NCBI GenBank assembly: GCA_050253415.1
Contig: JBFWJC010000005.1
Coordinates: 96,001 to 160,000 of the forward strand
Direction of reading: 5' to 3'
DNA length: 64,000 nucleotides
Source: Pedobacter sp.
Lineage (GTDB): Bacteria > Desulfobacterota > Desulfuromonadia > Desulfuromonadales > Syntrophotaleaceae
The position numbers and the translations under genes are program-made. Positions 31,398 to 41,648 of this stretch are shown piece after piece; the first letter of the stretch is position 1; each line of letters opens with the position of its first letter. The notes beneath the pieces are model-generated. The model searched no databases and was not told the DNA's origin. It saw only the letters and a program-made list of their open reading frames with translations.

Positions 31398-32678
31398 ATG
31401 TATTTATATAAAAAATTGAAAGATCTATTAGAACGTTGTCCTCTAATATATAGATTTATTAAAAAATCTCTATTGTTGGCGCATATATATATTCGCAGAA
31501 CTTTTTCTAAAAACATTAATTCTAGTAAACTATTATGGGGGGGAGAAAACGGTATCCCGGTTGCTAAGTATGCACGTTTAACTAATAATTTTCTTCGACC
31601 ATCTACTTTGCTTGCCGATATACCGCATGTGAAATTTCTAAAATTATACCAGGATATTGGCGATAGTATATTTATTAAAGAAGTATTTGAAAATACTGAT
31701 TACTATAAGAATGCTGCAGAAGCCATTGAACTCCGAGGTACTTATTTCGGAATATATGATAAAGCATGTATTGTAGAACAAGGACGAAGATTTGTTTCAT
31801 TGTATTGCGAAAACTGTAATTCCTTTAATCGGCAAAATTTTGAGGGAATAAGTTCGCCTAACATGCCGGTCCTAGTAAGAAAAATTAACTTTTCAAATGG
31901 TTTCTACGAGATAGTGGATGGACATCATCGGCTTGCTATTTCATTCGTTCGAGGCATTTCAAAACACCGAGCATTCGTGTTACCAGACAAGCCGGTTACA
32001 ACCCCTCTACAAAATTTGGTTTTTGATTGTGTTTGGACCAACGGTGCTAAGGAGTTATATCAACCTCTCAACTATCCAGAATTTGAAAAAAAATGGTTTC
32101 TTGTGCGTAGGTGTGAAGATAGGCTTGCTATGGTTTTAAATTGGCTTAAGAAAAATTCATTTAATCCAAAAATAGAAAATCTAAGCTATATGGATGTTGG
32201 GTCTAATTATGGTTGGTTTGTAGCCGAGATGGAAAAGAGAGGGTTTTCCGCTTTTGGGGTCGAACGTGACCCTGCCGCTATTAAAATTGGAGAAATAGCA
32301 TATCAATTAAATCGAAACAAAGTTAAAAGAAAAGATATTGTTGATTTTTGCAAAAATGAAGTAAGGCGTTACGATATTGTGACTTGTTTTAGCGTTTTAC
32401 ATCATTTTGTTTTAGGTAAGGCATCTGTTTCAGCCGAAGAGTTTATCAAATTAATTGATAAAATAACAGGAACAGTTTTATTTATTGATACAGGGCAATC
32501 TCATGAACAATGGTTTGAGAAGTCGTTGCCAGAATGGGATGAGGGATTCATAAAAACGTGGATCACTAAAAATACATCATTTAATTGTATTGAAAAAATT
32601 GGAGTTGATGGTGATTCACAATTCCCTTTTGATAAAAATTATGGAAGAGCTTTATTTGCATGTACAAGAAAAAACTAA
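31398..32678 (+). CDS. ParB/Srx-like N-terminal region fused to a class I SAM methyltransferase
   Basis: YEIVDGHHRL motif, then MDVGSNYGWF and YDIVTCFSVLHH. The gene is AT-rich. Confidence 0.65.
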   Translation: MYLYKKLKDLLERCPLIYRFIKKSLLLAHIYIRRTFSKNINSSKLLWGGENGIPVAKYARLTNNFLRPSTLLADIPHVKFLKLYQDIGDSIFIKEVFENTDYYKNAAEAIELRGTYFGIYDKACIVEQGRRFVSLYCENCNSFNRQNFEGISSPNMPVLVRKINFSNGFYEIVDGHHRLAISFVRGISKHRAFVLPDKPVTTPLQNLVFDCVWTNGAKELYQPLNYPEFEKKWFLVRRCEDRLAMVLNWLKKNSFNPKIENLSYMDVGSNYGWFVAEMEKRGFSAFGVERDPAAIKIGEIAYQLNRNKVKRKDIVDFCKNEVRRYDIVTCFSVLHHFVLGKASVSAEEFIKLIDKITGTVLFIDTGQSHEQWFEKSLPEWDEGFIKTWITKNTSFNCIEKIGVDGDSQFPFDKNYGRALFACTRKN

Positions 32679-32707
32679 TTTTTTGTATTTCTCATTTTGG
32701 ATAAATA

Positions 32708-34126
32708 GTGAAGACTTCAGGGCTGAGATCCATTGCAGCGAACGCCAGTCACCTAACAATAGCACGCGTTTTTACGCAGATAGTTCGGGCGATTTACGTC
32801 ATTGTATTGGCTCGCTATCTTGGGCCGGAGATCTACGGCCTGTTCGCCTATGGTCAATCATGGTATCTGGCCTTTCTGCCACTTGCTGCCCTCGGTCTCG
32901 GGTCGATTATCTGTAGGGAGGTAGGTCGAAACAGGGAGCTGGGTGGAAAGATTGTCATACGAGCTCTGGAACTTAGAATTTTGTTGGGGGTTGGAGGGGC
33001 GTTCGTCTGTGGAATTATTGGTTGGGTTTCCGAGGGGGAGACGGTTACGCAAATACTCCTAATTATTTTTTCGTTTGCTTTGATCGGTAGAGGGATTGCA
33101 AACTGGGCGGAACAGGTTTTTGCAGGATATGAGGCGTCTCGTTACACTCTGCAGCAGGAATTTTTTTTTCGTATTCTAGAGGTTGTTATTGGCTTGATAG
33201 CCCTGGGGGGTGGCGGAAGGGTTTTAGCAATAGCATTTGTACATGCATTCATATGGTGGATCCAGGCTTTTCGAGGATTGTACCTTGTCCATCACAATTT
33301 GATTGCTATTCGACTTAAATGGCCATGGTCAAACTTAGTTGGTCTTTTTATTCAGGGGTTACCTCTTTGCCTTTCAGCTCTTTTTTCTGGCTGGCTTCTG
33401 CAAGGGCCATTGGTTCTTTATCGCCATGTTACCAGCGATGGGACAGATCTGGGGCAACTTGCTCTTGTCTTGCAAGCTCTGGTTCTGTTGTGTATCGTTC
33501 CATGGTCCATCGGTATGGCATCCCTTCCGGTACTCAGTCGGGCAGTTGAGCGGCAGGACCGTAAGGATCTGTGGTTCGCAGAAGGAATGCTCCGGATTGG
33601 GTTCCTTCTCGGGGCAATAGCTGCCTTGATCGCCATGGCCTTTGGTCCAAGCTTGGTGCAAGGGGTCTTTGGTGATCGTTATGCACTAGCCGGGCAAATG
33701 CTCGGACCGGGCATTTGGCTGTTAATCCCCCTTACGGCTGGTACCTCATTGGCCCAGGTATTCGTAGCTCGTGGAAGATTTATTATCCCTTGCTTTTATG
33801 CCTTGGTGGGCTCTTTGGTTTTAACGTTGAGCTTGTCTATTCTTGCTTCCAATTTTGGGCTTGCTGGGGTACTGCTTGCAACTGGTGCAGGTTTGGGAGT
33901 TTGGGCTTTAGGTCTTATTTTCCATTTGGCACGTGACTACGGGCTGGATTTAAGCTTTGCTGTTGTGAGGCCTGGAATTGCGGTAATCCTCGCAGCTTTT
34001 TTTTATAAGCTTATGGAACAAACGGGGAAGCCTCTCGCTCTTCTTGCCGGCTGCATGGCGTTGTTAGGAGCCGCGTTATTATTTGGCCTGCTTGTGCCGA
34101 TGCAAAGGACAAGAAGAAAAGTATGA
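32708..34126 (+). CDS. Wzx/MOP-family oligosaccharide flippase
   Basis: VLARYLGPEIYG, LPVLSR and ~12-14 TM segments. Confidence 0.85.
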   Translation: MKTSGLRSIAANASHLTIARVFTQIVRAIYVIVLARYLGPEIYGLFAYGQSWYLAFLPLAALGLGSIICREVGRNRELGGKIVIRALELRILLGVGGAFVCGIIGWVSEGETVTQILLIIFSFALIGRGIANWAEQVFAGYEASRYTLQQEFFFRILEVVIGLIALGGGGRVLAIAFVHAFIWWIQAFRGLYLVHHNLIAIRLKWPWSNLVGLFIQGLPLCLSALFSGWLLQGPLVLYRHVTSDGTDLGQLALVLQALVLLCIVPWSIGMASLPVLSRAVERQDRKDLWFAEGMLRIGFLLGAIAALIAMAFGPSLVQGVFGDRYALAGQMLGPGIWLLIPLTAGTSLAQVFVARGRFIIPCFYALVGSLVLTLSLSILASNFGLAGVLLATGAGLGVWALGLIFHLARDYGLDLSFAVVRPGIAVILAAFFYKLMEQTGKPLALLAGCMALLGAALLFGLLVPMQRTRRKV

Positions 34127-34178
34127 CTGTATTATGACGTACCGGTACGGATATTACTTACTTCTATTATTAGAATTG

Positions 34179-35906
34179 TCAGAAACCGAAAAAGATGCTC
34201 ATGGTCGGAGAAGGGGTGGGGGGTGCATAGTTTACTTTGGACCAACGTAGTACTATCGTCTGATTATTTGTCATTGCTTGGACTTTATGGAGACCGTTAG
34301 ATAATATTATTGTTTCTCCAGATGCTTTCTGTGCATTGTCGATAAAAACCTGCTCATTGCTTTCAAGAACGTAGTCCCCGGCAATAAGTATTTCGATAAT
34401 TTGCTGCTCACCGGCCCGATTGAAATGCAAAGTTTTCCCCGGTACCAATATCATGCCCCAGTATGGAACAAAGTTCTCCTCCAGTGTTTTCCTGTCCTCT
34501 TCCAGTAGATCATAATTTGTTTTAAAAAAAGGATTTTCTCTCGGAAAATCGAAATCTAGGTAGGGGATGTTTACCAGCAGAAATTGAGGGCGTTTCTCTT
34601 GAAGAATCCGACGGAAGACCGGCTTGCCTGCAGCCAGGTACTCTTCCATGACCCAAGTACTCATGAAAAGTCCAGCTTTTGGATAGGATGCTACCGCGGA
34701 GCATCCATCGATATAGGGAACGGGGTCAGGGAACATCTTGTGAATTTGGCTAAGAAGCTCCGCCTGGGATCTGTTCCCCCTGTCGAATGCTTTGAAGATA
34801 TGGATTCCTGCGCCAGCGGCGATTGGAAGGGATATTAAGGCAAATAAGAGCAGCAATGCTTTGGAACCGGTTTTTCTGAAGTCCTGCATAAGGTAATGTG
34901 GAAGGATGCCGCAAAAAATAACTGCTGGGGCGATGACGAATACGTAATAGTAAGGGAAGGCGTTGCGGTAAAAGGGCAGAGAAAAAAGCGGCACCAGAAA
35001 AGAGAGCACAAGAAACCCATTTTTCCCCTGTCTTTTTGTTAGGGTGAGGATTGTATAAATAATTCCAACCCCTAAAAGCGCCCAGATGATCGGATTGTTG
35101 CGCAAGGTCCCGGCGAAATATTCCCACCTCGGAAAAAATTCACTTAAAATTATTGCTTTAGAAGAAGCATGATGCGCGAGGCTTTGGTTTGTCGGGACAG
35201 CAGGCAATGGCAGCATGTTTTGGTGTAGCTTGAAACCCAGGCCAAAGGTAAGCGCTAGAGAACTAATGAAAAGTACCGCTTTGCGGAAAATCACACCTTT
35301 TTCAGAGGAAGTTGCCCACAGGGCTGCTATAAGAGCGAAAAGCGAAACAATGTGAATAGCAGCCTTGAGAGAGATTAGGAGAGAAAGCCCCATGGAAATT
35401 CCGGCGATGGCCGGCCACAATCTTGTCTGGCCTTTCTTCAGCAGGGCGAAACATGCCAGTAGAAACAGGAAAGAACAGAATGAGTCATATCGCAAGCTTG
35501 AGCCGTGCTGAATAACGTTGGACAGGGAAAGCCAACAGAAAACAGCAAACAATGCACCCGATCGATTAATAAACTGCCTTGCAATGAGATAAAGCAGGGC
35601 TCCTGAGCCGAGGAATAACATGAAAAGGGCACAACGGGCTGCAACGATCTGGGTAATTTCGTTGCTGGATACCCATGGTACCCATCCCAGTAAGTGAACA
35701 TGAAAGTTTTGGTACGGTCTTGAAATTTCCCCTCTTTGATAGGAAAAAACTTGCGATAAAAAGTGAAATTCGTCCCAACTTATTTTATGTCGAAAAATCA
35801 AAAAAAGTTTTATTGCTAGTTCAAAAAAAATAATAGAGGCTAGCGTTAGGTTGACTCTATCGATTTGTTTGTTGATCAACTTTTTTTGGATGGGCGGAAA
35901 ACTCAT
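34179..35906 (-). CDS. ArnT/PMT-like (GT-C) membrane glycosyltransferase
   Basis: WDEFHFL after TM1, R.D motif, multiple TMs and a periplasmic C-terminal domain. Confidence 0.65.
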   Translation of the reverse strand: MSFPPIQKKLINKQIDRVNLTLASIIFFELAIKLFLIFRHKISWDEFHFLSQVFSYQRGEISRPYQNFHVHLLGWVPWVSSNEITQIVAARCALFMLFLGSGALLYLIARQFINRSGALFAVFCWLSLSNVIQHGSSLRYDSFCSFLFLLACFALLKKGQTRLWPAIAGISMGLSLLISLKAAIHIVSLFALIAALWATSSEKGVIFRKAVLFISSLALTFGLGFKLHQNMLPLPAVPTNQSLAHHASSKAIILSEFFPRWEYFAGTLRNNPIIWALLGVGIIYTILTLTKRQGKNGFLVLSFLVPLFSLPFYRNAFPYYYVFVIAPAVIFCGILPHYLMQDFRKTGSKALLLLFALISLPIAAGAGIHIFKAFDRGNRSQAELLSQIHKMFPDPVPYIDGCSAVASYPKAGLFMSTWVMEEYLAAGKPVFRRILQEKRPQFLLVNIPYLDFDFPRENPFFKTNYDLLEEDRKTLEENFVPYWGMILVPGKTLHFNRAGEQQIIEILIAGDYVLESNEQVFIDNAQKASGETIILSNGLHKVQAMTNNQTIVLRWSKVNYAPPTPSPTMSIFFGF

Positions 35907-36005
35907 GCGTGTTTCCTCAAGAAGAACGAGTTGGTGTTTTTCGAATAGTGTGGGCCTTCTAGGTATACGTAAGTGCGGTGATAAACGCGGGGCGTAATTT
36001 AATTT

Positions 36006-37151
36006 TCATAGTTCCAGATCATTTCCATGCTCCATTTTCCTCGTGAAAAAAATCTCCACGCTTTTCCAGATCACAACTGTCAATAAGGCGCTAAGGTAGC
36101 CATCAACGGCGTAATGCCAGCCAAGATGAATCGAACCGATCTGGATAATGACTGCAAATCCTATCATTAACCATCCCAGCCATCGTGCAACCCGTCTGTA
36201 CAGCAGAGTCATCAATACTGCGATGGATACATGCATGCTTGGCATGGCAGAAATTCCGCCAAAAGGCATGAATGTGCCAGCTTGTGAGGCTTTCCATAGA
36301 GCACTTTGAATGCCGACGGCCCAGAGATTGGGGATACTTCGCAAATATTGGAACAGGGGTTCGTATGGGCTTATGGATGTCCCTGTTACTTCTGAAAAAT
36401 AGCACGGACCAGCGGATGACAGGAGAACAGCCAGAATATTGCCTATTAGAATCCAACAGCAGGCCAGAGATATAAAGAATTGCATCCGTAGTCTCTTGTT
36501 AGCATGGCAAGCCATATATAATAAAGAATATACAAATAAAGAACCCCAGGACAGGTAACAAAAGTCGATAAATTGCGTAATTGCAGGATGTCCAATAATA
36601 GGTTGGATAATCTCCCATGGGGAATTATTGAAGTGTAAAAGTTTGTCAATTCGGTAAAATAATGGATCTAGGGAGTAGTTGTTAAAAAATGGAATTGTTT
36701 GTTTAAGGCTGCTATACGAGGATATAAAAAGAGGGATAATTGAAAAAATTACCAGGAATCTTGCTATTGTAGACGAGCATAGATTGTCACTTCGTAGTCT
36801 TGACCATATCAAAGGAAATGCGGAAAAACCTCTATTGAAATATATGACAAGATATGTGACTATTATCGCAGAGAAATATATAAAAATAAATATATAACAA
36901 TACTTAAAAAACTCGACATAGTAAAAAGCAATACTGTATGTAATCTTTTTGTGTAAATAGTATCCAATGGCCACTGTGAACAGATAATAGATTATAGAAA
37001 TGAAGATAAGTACTGAGTTATCCTGAAGAGCTAACTTAAGGTTTATAAAAAATGTTTTCAATAATTCCGTTATCGAGGCTGGTAAACGGGAAAAATTGTT
37101 TTTTAGACATTCCTGGTTGCCTTTGATTGTTTCTGCTATATAATTTTTCAT
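36006..37151 (-). CDS. PAP2-superfamily (Aur1-like) protein, copy 2
   Basis: Same SAGPCYF/AMPSMHV/WHYAVDG motifs; a clear paralogue of 25928-27049. Confidence 0.8.
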   Translation of the reverse strand: MKNYIAETIKGNQECLKNNFSRLPASITELLKTFFINLKLALQDNSVLIFISIIYYLFTVAIGYYLHKKITYSIAFYYVEFFKYCYIFIFIYFSAIIVTYLVIYFNRGFSAFPLIWSRLRSDNLCSSTIARFLVIFSIIPLFISSYSSLKQTIPFFNNYSLDPLFYRIDKLLHFNNSPWEIIQPIIGHPAITQFIDFCYLSWGSLFVYSLLYMACHANKRLRMQFFISLACCWILIGNILAVLLSSAGPCYFSEVTGTSISPYEPLFQYLRSIPNLWAVGIQSALWKASQAGTFMPFGGISAMPSMHVSIAVLMTLLYRRVARWLGWLMIGFAVIIQIGSIHLGWHYAVDGYLSALLTVVIWKSVEIFFTRKMEHGNDLEL

Positions 37152-37313
37152 AATGACAGTCGGTCCTTCAAATGATTTCAAAAATGTGAAGGACTTATAG
37201 TCCTTTAAAACAATAACTTAATATTAAATATGATAAAAATTACTAGTGGAAGTTCATTTTATGTTCAACTATAGCGACGAAACATGATTTTTCAATTATC
37301 AGGGAGAGAAACA

Positions 37314-38093
37314 ATGGCAAGTGCCTCAAAAATGCTGTCTGTTGTGATTCCTGCGTACAACGAAGAAAAACGTCTACCCTCATCTTTACAGGTACTTTGT
37401 GGCACGGTTGGACAGTACTTCCCAAATTTTGAAATAATTATCGTAGATGACGGTAGTACGGATAGTACTGCGGATATCGTTATGTCTTACAGCACACAGC
37501 AATCTAATGTTCGTCTGGTCCGTTATGAGAAAAATCGTGGTAAGGGTTATGCTGTTCGCACCGGTGTTCTGGCTTCGACGGGTGATCTTGTTTTGTTCAG
37601 CGATGCAGATCTCTCTACCCCCCTTGGCGAGATTAGCAAACTGATGGCGGCCATTGATGGCGGAGCCGATGTTGCGATTGGATCGAGAGCAGTCAAGGAT
37701 GCTGTTATTGTAAAGCGGCAACCGCTCTACAGGGTATTAATGGGGAAAACCTTCAATAAAGCTGTTCAACTTCTCGCGACTCCTGGCATCTCCGATACTC
37801 AATGCGGCTTTAAGCTGTTTACACGGACGGCGGCGGTGTGCCTTTTCAGTGATTGCTGTATCGATGGGTTCGGCTTTGATGTTGAGGTACTTTTTCTTGC
37901 ACGGAAAAGAGGGTTGATGATTAGTGAAATTGGTGTTGATTGGCTCAATTCGCCTGATAGCAAGGTCCATCCCATAATCGATTCATCTCGCATGTTAAGG
38001 GATTTGTTTATTATCAGGCGTCATGCATGGATGGGTCATTACGGTGATTTTTTATCTGTTCGGACCAAAATTGAAGCATCCTCGTCTGAATAG
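37314..38093 (+). CDS. Polyprenol-phosphate glycosyltransferase (Alg5/GtrB-like GT2)
   Basis: IPAYNEEKRL, NRGKGYAVRTG, FSDADLSTP, DTQCGFKLF and FDVEVL motifs. Confidence 0.88.
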   Translation: MASASKMLSVVIPAYNEEKRLPSSLQVLCGTVGQYFPNFEIIIVDDGSTDSTADIVMSYSTQQSNVRLVRYEKNRGKGYAVRTGVLASTGDLVLFSDADLSTPLGEISKLMAAIDGGADVAIGSRAVKDAVIVKRQPLYRVLMGKTFNKAVQLLATPGISDTQCGFKLFTRTAAVCLFSDCCIDGFGFDVEVLFLARKRGLMISEIGVDWLNSPDSKVHPIIDSSRMLRDLFIIRRHAWMGHYGDFLSVRTKIEASSSE

Positions 38094-39550
38094 GTTTCGT
38101 GCCAATTGCCTGTCGCTTTCAGATATCGGACCAAGGTTGAATCACCAGGATGAAGTATCCAGTCAATAGCGTACTTTTCCAATAGTTCTTCAGTCTCTTT
38201 TTTCACAGAGACGATCTTTTGATAATCTCCAAAAATTTCCTCTCCATACATATCTGCGCGCCCATCAATAAAAACCTTTTGTGGAGGGTCAAGTGCATAA
38301 ATCAGATATCCTCCCCATGCATACTTATTGAACATGTTTCCGGTCGGCCGGGTATGGTTCAGGTACTTTACAGCTTCAACTGGATGACTTGCCACAGGTA
38401 GGGGGATAAATGTTTCCAATAATCCTCTGGTCGAAGGATGTGATGGTCCAGAGAATAAAGCTAATGCTATGGCTAGAATAATCGTTGCAATAGGCCCGCT
38501 TGCCTTTGAAGTTTGAACTTGTTGAGCGCTTGTTGGCTTGAAAAACGATTTTGCTTTAGGGCAGGGTAGGGATTTAATTGCACTGGCAAGGTAGGGACAA
38601 AGAAATACCGAAGCCATGCTAATGTATCGCTGATGGGTCAAAGAAGCGTTTATAAAAAACAATACAAAGAGCCGATCGGTCCAGCTTGTTTGTGTGGATT
38701 TAAGAGACATGAGCAGCAGGATTAGTAACAAGAACAGCCTGAAAAGCCATTCATCCTGAAGGTTGGGCGGTAACCATTCAACTATTCCCTTGGAAAAAAC
38801 ACCACTGGTGACCTGAAAGGGAAAAAGATAGAGTTTATAGCCAAACGGGTTGATGCCTGCCGCCAGAATCGACAGGCCAAAAAATATAGTCGGACGTTTA
38901 AGTTTCTGGATGAGGCCACGGATTCTGATTGTGTGATTATCAGAAATTCCATCCAGTACAGTCCCACCGATCACGAGACCCTGCAATGCCAATCCAAGAA
39001 TAAATCCGCCATGCAGGTTGGCCCATAAGACGGTCATTGGGGGCAATAACCAGTACCATCGTCCCTGCTTATGCAAAGCGTAAAGGGTAATTACGCCAAA
39101 CAACCATGAAAAAACATGGGGGCGGGCCAGCATATGTGTCATGGAAAAGGTAAAGGCGATGGATACTGCAATAATTGCAACCCAGTCACCCACCTTGCTG
39201 GAAACGATGCGGAACAGAAGCCAAAAGCTCAGGGAAGCAATAACAAAGAAAAAAAGCACTAATCCTGTGAGGCCGGCATATTGATGAAGGTAGGCCATGA
39301 TGATTTCAGATAACCACTCGTGGGCCATCCAGGGTTTTCCAAATGCGGTGTGGGAAAAGACGTCTTGTGTAAGAATGATGTGGTTTGACAGCATGTGTTT
39401 GCCAGCTGCTATATGCCAGAGGGTGTCTCCATCCCCGAGGGCTTTACCACTATCAAAAATCACCAACAGAGCAAAGGTAATAAAACCATACAAACCTGCG
39501 ATGTCAGGCAAAATAGAGATTTTGCCTGCTGCACGTGGGTTGCTGACCAT
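38039..39550 (-). CDS. Polytopic membrane protein, putative GT-C glycosyltransferase
   Basis: DGDTLWHIAAG, PWMAHEWL, ARPHVF, LWANLHGGF and VFIDGRADMYG motifs. It is co-oriented 17 bp after tadD. Confidence 0.6.
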   Translation of the reverse strand: MVSNPRAAGKISILPDIAGLYGFITFALLVIFDSGKALGDGDTLWHIAAGKHMLSNHIILTQDVFSHTAFGKPWMAHEWLSEIIMAYLHQYAGLTGLVLFFFVIASLSFWLLFRIVSSKVGDWVAIIAVSIAFTFSMTHMLARPHVFSWLFGVITLYALHKQGRWYWLLPPMTVLWANLHGGFILGLALQGLVIGGTVLDGISDNHTIRIRGLIQKLKRPTIFFGLSILAAGINPFGYKLYLFPFQVTSGVFSKGIVEWLPPNLQDEWLFRLFLLLILLLMSLKSTQTSWTDRLFVLFFINASLTHQRYISMASVFLCPYLASAIKSLPCPKAKSFFKPTSAQQVQTSKASGPIATIILAIALALFSGPSHPSTRGLLETFIPLPVASHPVEAVKYLNHTRPTGNMFNKYAWGGYLIYALDPPQKVFIDGRADMYGEEIFGDYQKIVSVKKETEELLEKYAIDWILHPGDSTLVRYLKATGNWHETYSDEDASILVRTDKKSP

Positions 39551-39567
39551 GCTGAATGACCCTTTCG

Positions 39568-40533
39568 TCAGTCGCCGGACTTGGAGCGCAGGCTATTGAG
39601 ACGCTCAAGATTCTGTTGCGCACGCATGTAAAAGACCGGATTAAGTTCCATGGCCTTCCGAAAGGCTTTTTCAGCTTTATCCCAGTTTCCCTGGGTCATG
39701 TAGAGGTATCCAATGTTGTTGTAAGCTGCCGGTTTTCCGAGCGTATTTTCAAACAGTTGTAATGCTCGTACTTCCTCGTTATTGAGTAGAAATGCTGTAG
39801 CAAGGTTGTTTTTACTACGCACGTTGGACGAATCGATTGCCAAAGCTTTGGAAAAAAGAGGAATGGCTTCGCTGTAACGCCCCTGAAGTAAGTAGTTGAA
39901 ACCGAGGTTGTTATATCCTGACGGTTTGCTAGGTTGCAGAGTCAGGACTTTCTGATGTAAAGGTTCGGCCTTGGTAAGTTTTTCCTGGCCGATACTGTCA
40001 TAGGTTATGGCCAGTTCACTTATGGTAGTCGGATCATCGGAGTATGATTCGTAAAGCCTCTCCAAGAGAGTTTCAGCGGTCGGGTAATCACCTTGATTGC
40101 GTGCAATCCGTGCCAACCCGAGCATTGCCACCTTATTTATCGGATCCTTTTCAAGAACCGTATTGAAAATTTCCCTGGCCCTGGTTGCGTTTCCGCGGGC
40201 AAAAAAGACCTGTCCCATACCTGCCAACGGCACTATCGCATCAGGTTTTTTTTGCAGCGCAGCAGAGAAATGTAATCTGGCCAACTCAAGATTTCCCTGG
40301 GCTAAATAAGCGTTACCTTTCTCGGTTAATTCCTCCGCGGGTAAATCGGCGATTCGTTCACCGAGAGTATTATCATCCCCTTTGTCAAGAACGGTTAATT
40401 TGGCAATTTTCTGGTGGTAGGGGTCAGCCACAGGGGTACAGGCAGCGCTAAGCAGAAGCAAAAGTGTGGCAAGTACGCCCACGGTACTTTTGGATATAAG
40501 GGTAGGGCAAGATGCAATGATCGATTTTTTCAA
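39568..40533 (-). CDS. tadD: TPR lipoprotein, TadD-like
   Basis: Lipobox-like LSAAC and TPR repeats (YNNLG, AYNNIG). It follows tadC. Confidence 0.75.
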   Translation of the reverse strand: MKKSIIASCPTLISKSTVGVLATLLLLLSAACTPVADPYHQKIAKLTVLDKGDDNTLGERIADLPAEELTEKGNAYLAQGNLELARLHFSAALQKKPDAIVPLAGMGQVFFARGNATRAREIFNTVLEKDPINKVAMLGLARIARNQGDYPTAETLLERLYESYSDDPTTISELAITYDSIGQEKLTKAEPLHQKVLTLQPSKPSGYNNLGFNYLLQGRYSEAIPLFSKALAIDSSNVRSKNNLATAFLLNNEEVRALQLFENTLGKPAAYNNIGYLYMTQGNWDKAEKAFRKAMELNPVFYMRAQQNLERLNSLRSKSGD

Positions 40534-40656
40534 TAGAGTCTCTCCTTAACAATCCAATGACATGAAATTCGTGCTGACAGTTAATCAATATTTCATATAA
40601 AGCAAAAATGGATGCTACTAACAGGGCAAATAATCTCGCATGAAAATTTGGCTGCC

Positions 40657-41637
40657 TCAGTCCCCCATGGCTGGGAACAAAACTCTTATGATTCTTATCA
40701 CACCCGGCCCAACCAGAACAACGAAGATTGCAGGGAAGATAAAGAACACGAGAGGGAATATTAGTTTAACCGTTGACTTTGCAGCTTTTTCTTCAGCAAG
40801 TTGGCGCCGTTTGATGCGCATTGCATCTGAATGTACCCGTAATGCTTTGGCCAGGCTTGTTCCGAAACGGCTTGTTTGAATGAGGATAGTCATTAAATTG
40901 TTGATTTCAGAAACTCCGGTACGCAAGGACATGTTCTTGAAACATTCATTACGAGGCTTACCCGCCCGAATTTCAAGATTAGTCAGGTGAAACTCATCGC
41001 TTAGGTCCCGCCCAAGTGGACGAATTTCCTCGCCAACTCTTCGAAAGGTCATATCCAGACCAAGGCCGGCTTCGACACATACAACCATCAGGTCAAGGGC
41101 ATCAGGCAGCGCACGAAGAATGCGCCCTTGCCGAGATCTCGTGGCAAACCCTAGTATGGTGTCGGGTAGACCGAAGCCAATGATGACCAACAGCAGACAT
41201 AGCAAGACAAATTGCAGGTCAATGGTAAAGAAAAAGCGAGAAATCAGATAGGAAAGAGGCAGCAATACGCCCAGCAGAATCTTGGCGCCAATGAAATTGT
41301 AGTAAGCTGCATTAGAGCGCCATCCGGCTTGAATAAGGCGCAACCGAACTGCCTTGTTCATGGCACCGGGTTTATGTGCAACAATATCGTCAATCGGCTT
41401 GGCAAAACGGGTTACAAAATTATTGGCATTGCCTTCGAGCAATTTAGGTTTATGTTTTATGGTTGTTTTGGCATTAGGCAGTAGTTTTTCCAGTCGCTGT
41501 TCCTCTCGCGATTTGCGGGTAAGCAACAGGTAAATGGCCAAAACAATAAAAGCAACGGTTAAAAATGTAAGGATAAGCACTGCCCAATAACCAGCATTAT
41601 CAAGCAATCGGTAATAAATATTTAAAACGGTATTCAT
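40657..41637 (-). CDS. tadC: Tad inner-membrane platform protein TadC
   Basis: LPDALDLMVVCVEAGLG and AEEKAAKSTVKLIFPLV motifs. Confidence 0.92.
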   Translation of the reverse strand: MNTVLNIYYRLLDNAGYWAVLILTFLTVAFIVLAIYLLLTRKSREEQRLEKLLPNAKTTIKHKPKLLEGNANNFVTRFAKPIDDIVAHKPGAMNKAVRLRLIQAGWRSNAAYYNFIGAKILLGVLLPLSYLISRFFFTIDLQFVLLCLLLVIIGFGLPDTILGFATRSRQGRILRALPDALDLMVVCVEAGLGLDMTFRRVGEEIRPLGRDLSDEFHLTNLEIRAGKPRNECFKNMSLRTGVSEINNLMTILIQTSRFGTSLAKALRVHSDAMRIKRRQLAEEKAAKSTVKLIFPLVFFIFPAIFVVLVGPGVIRIIRVLFPAMGD

Positions 41638-41648
41638 ACAGCGCCTCC

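Noticed and set aside
33161..33169. T9 homopolymer in the flippase as a phase-variation tract
   Set aside because: It encodes FFF in an intact frame; it is too short and ordinary to call without read data.
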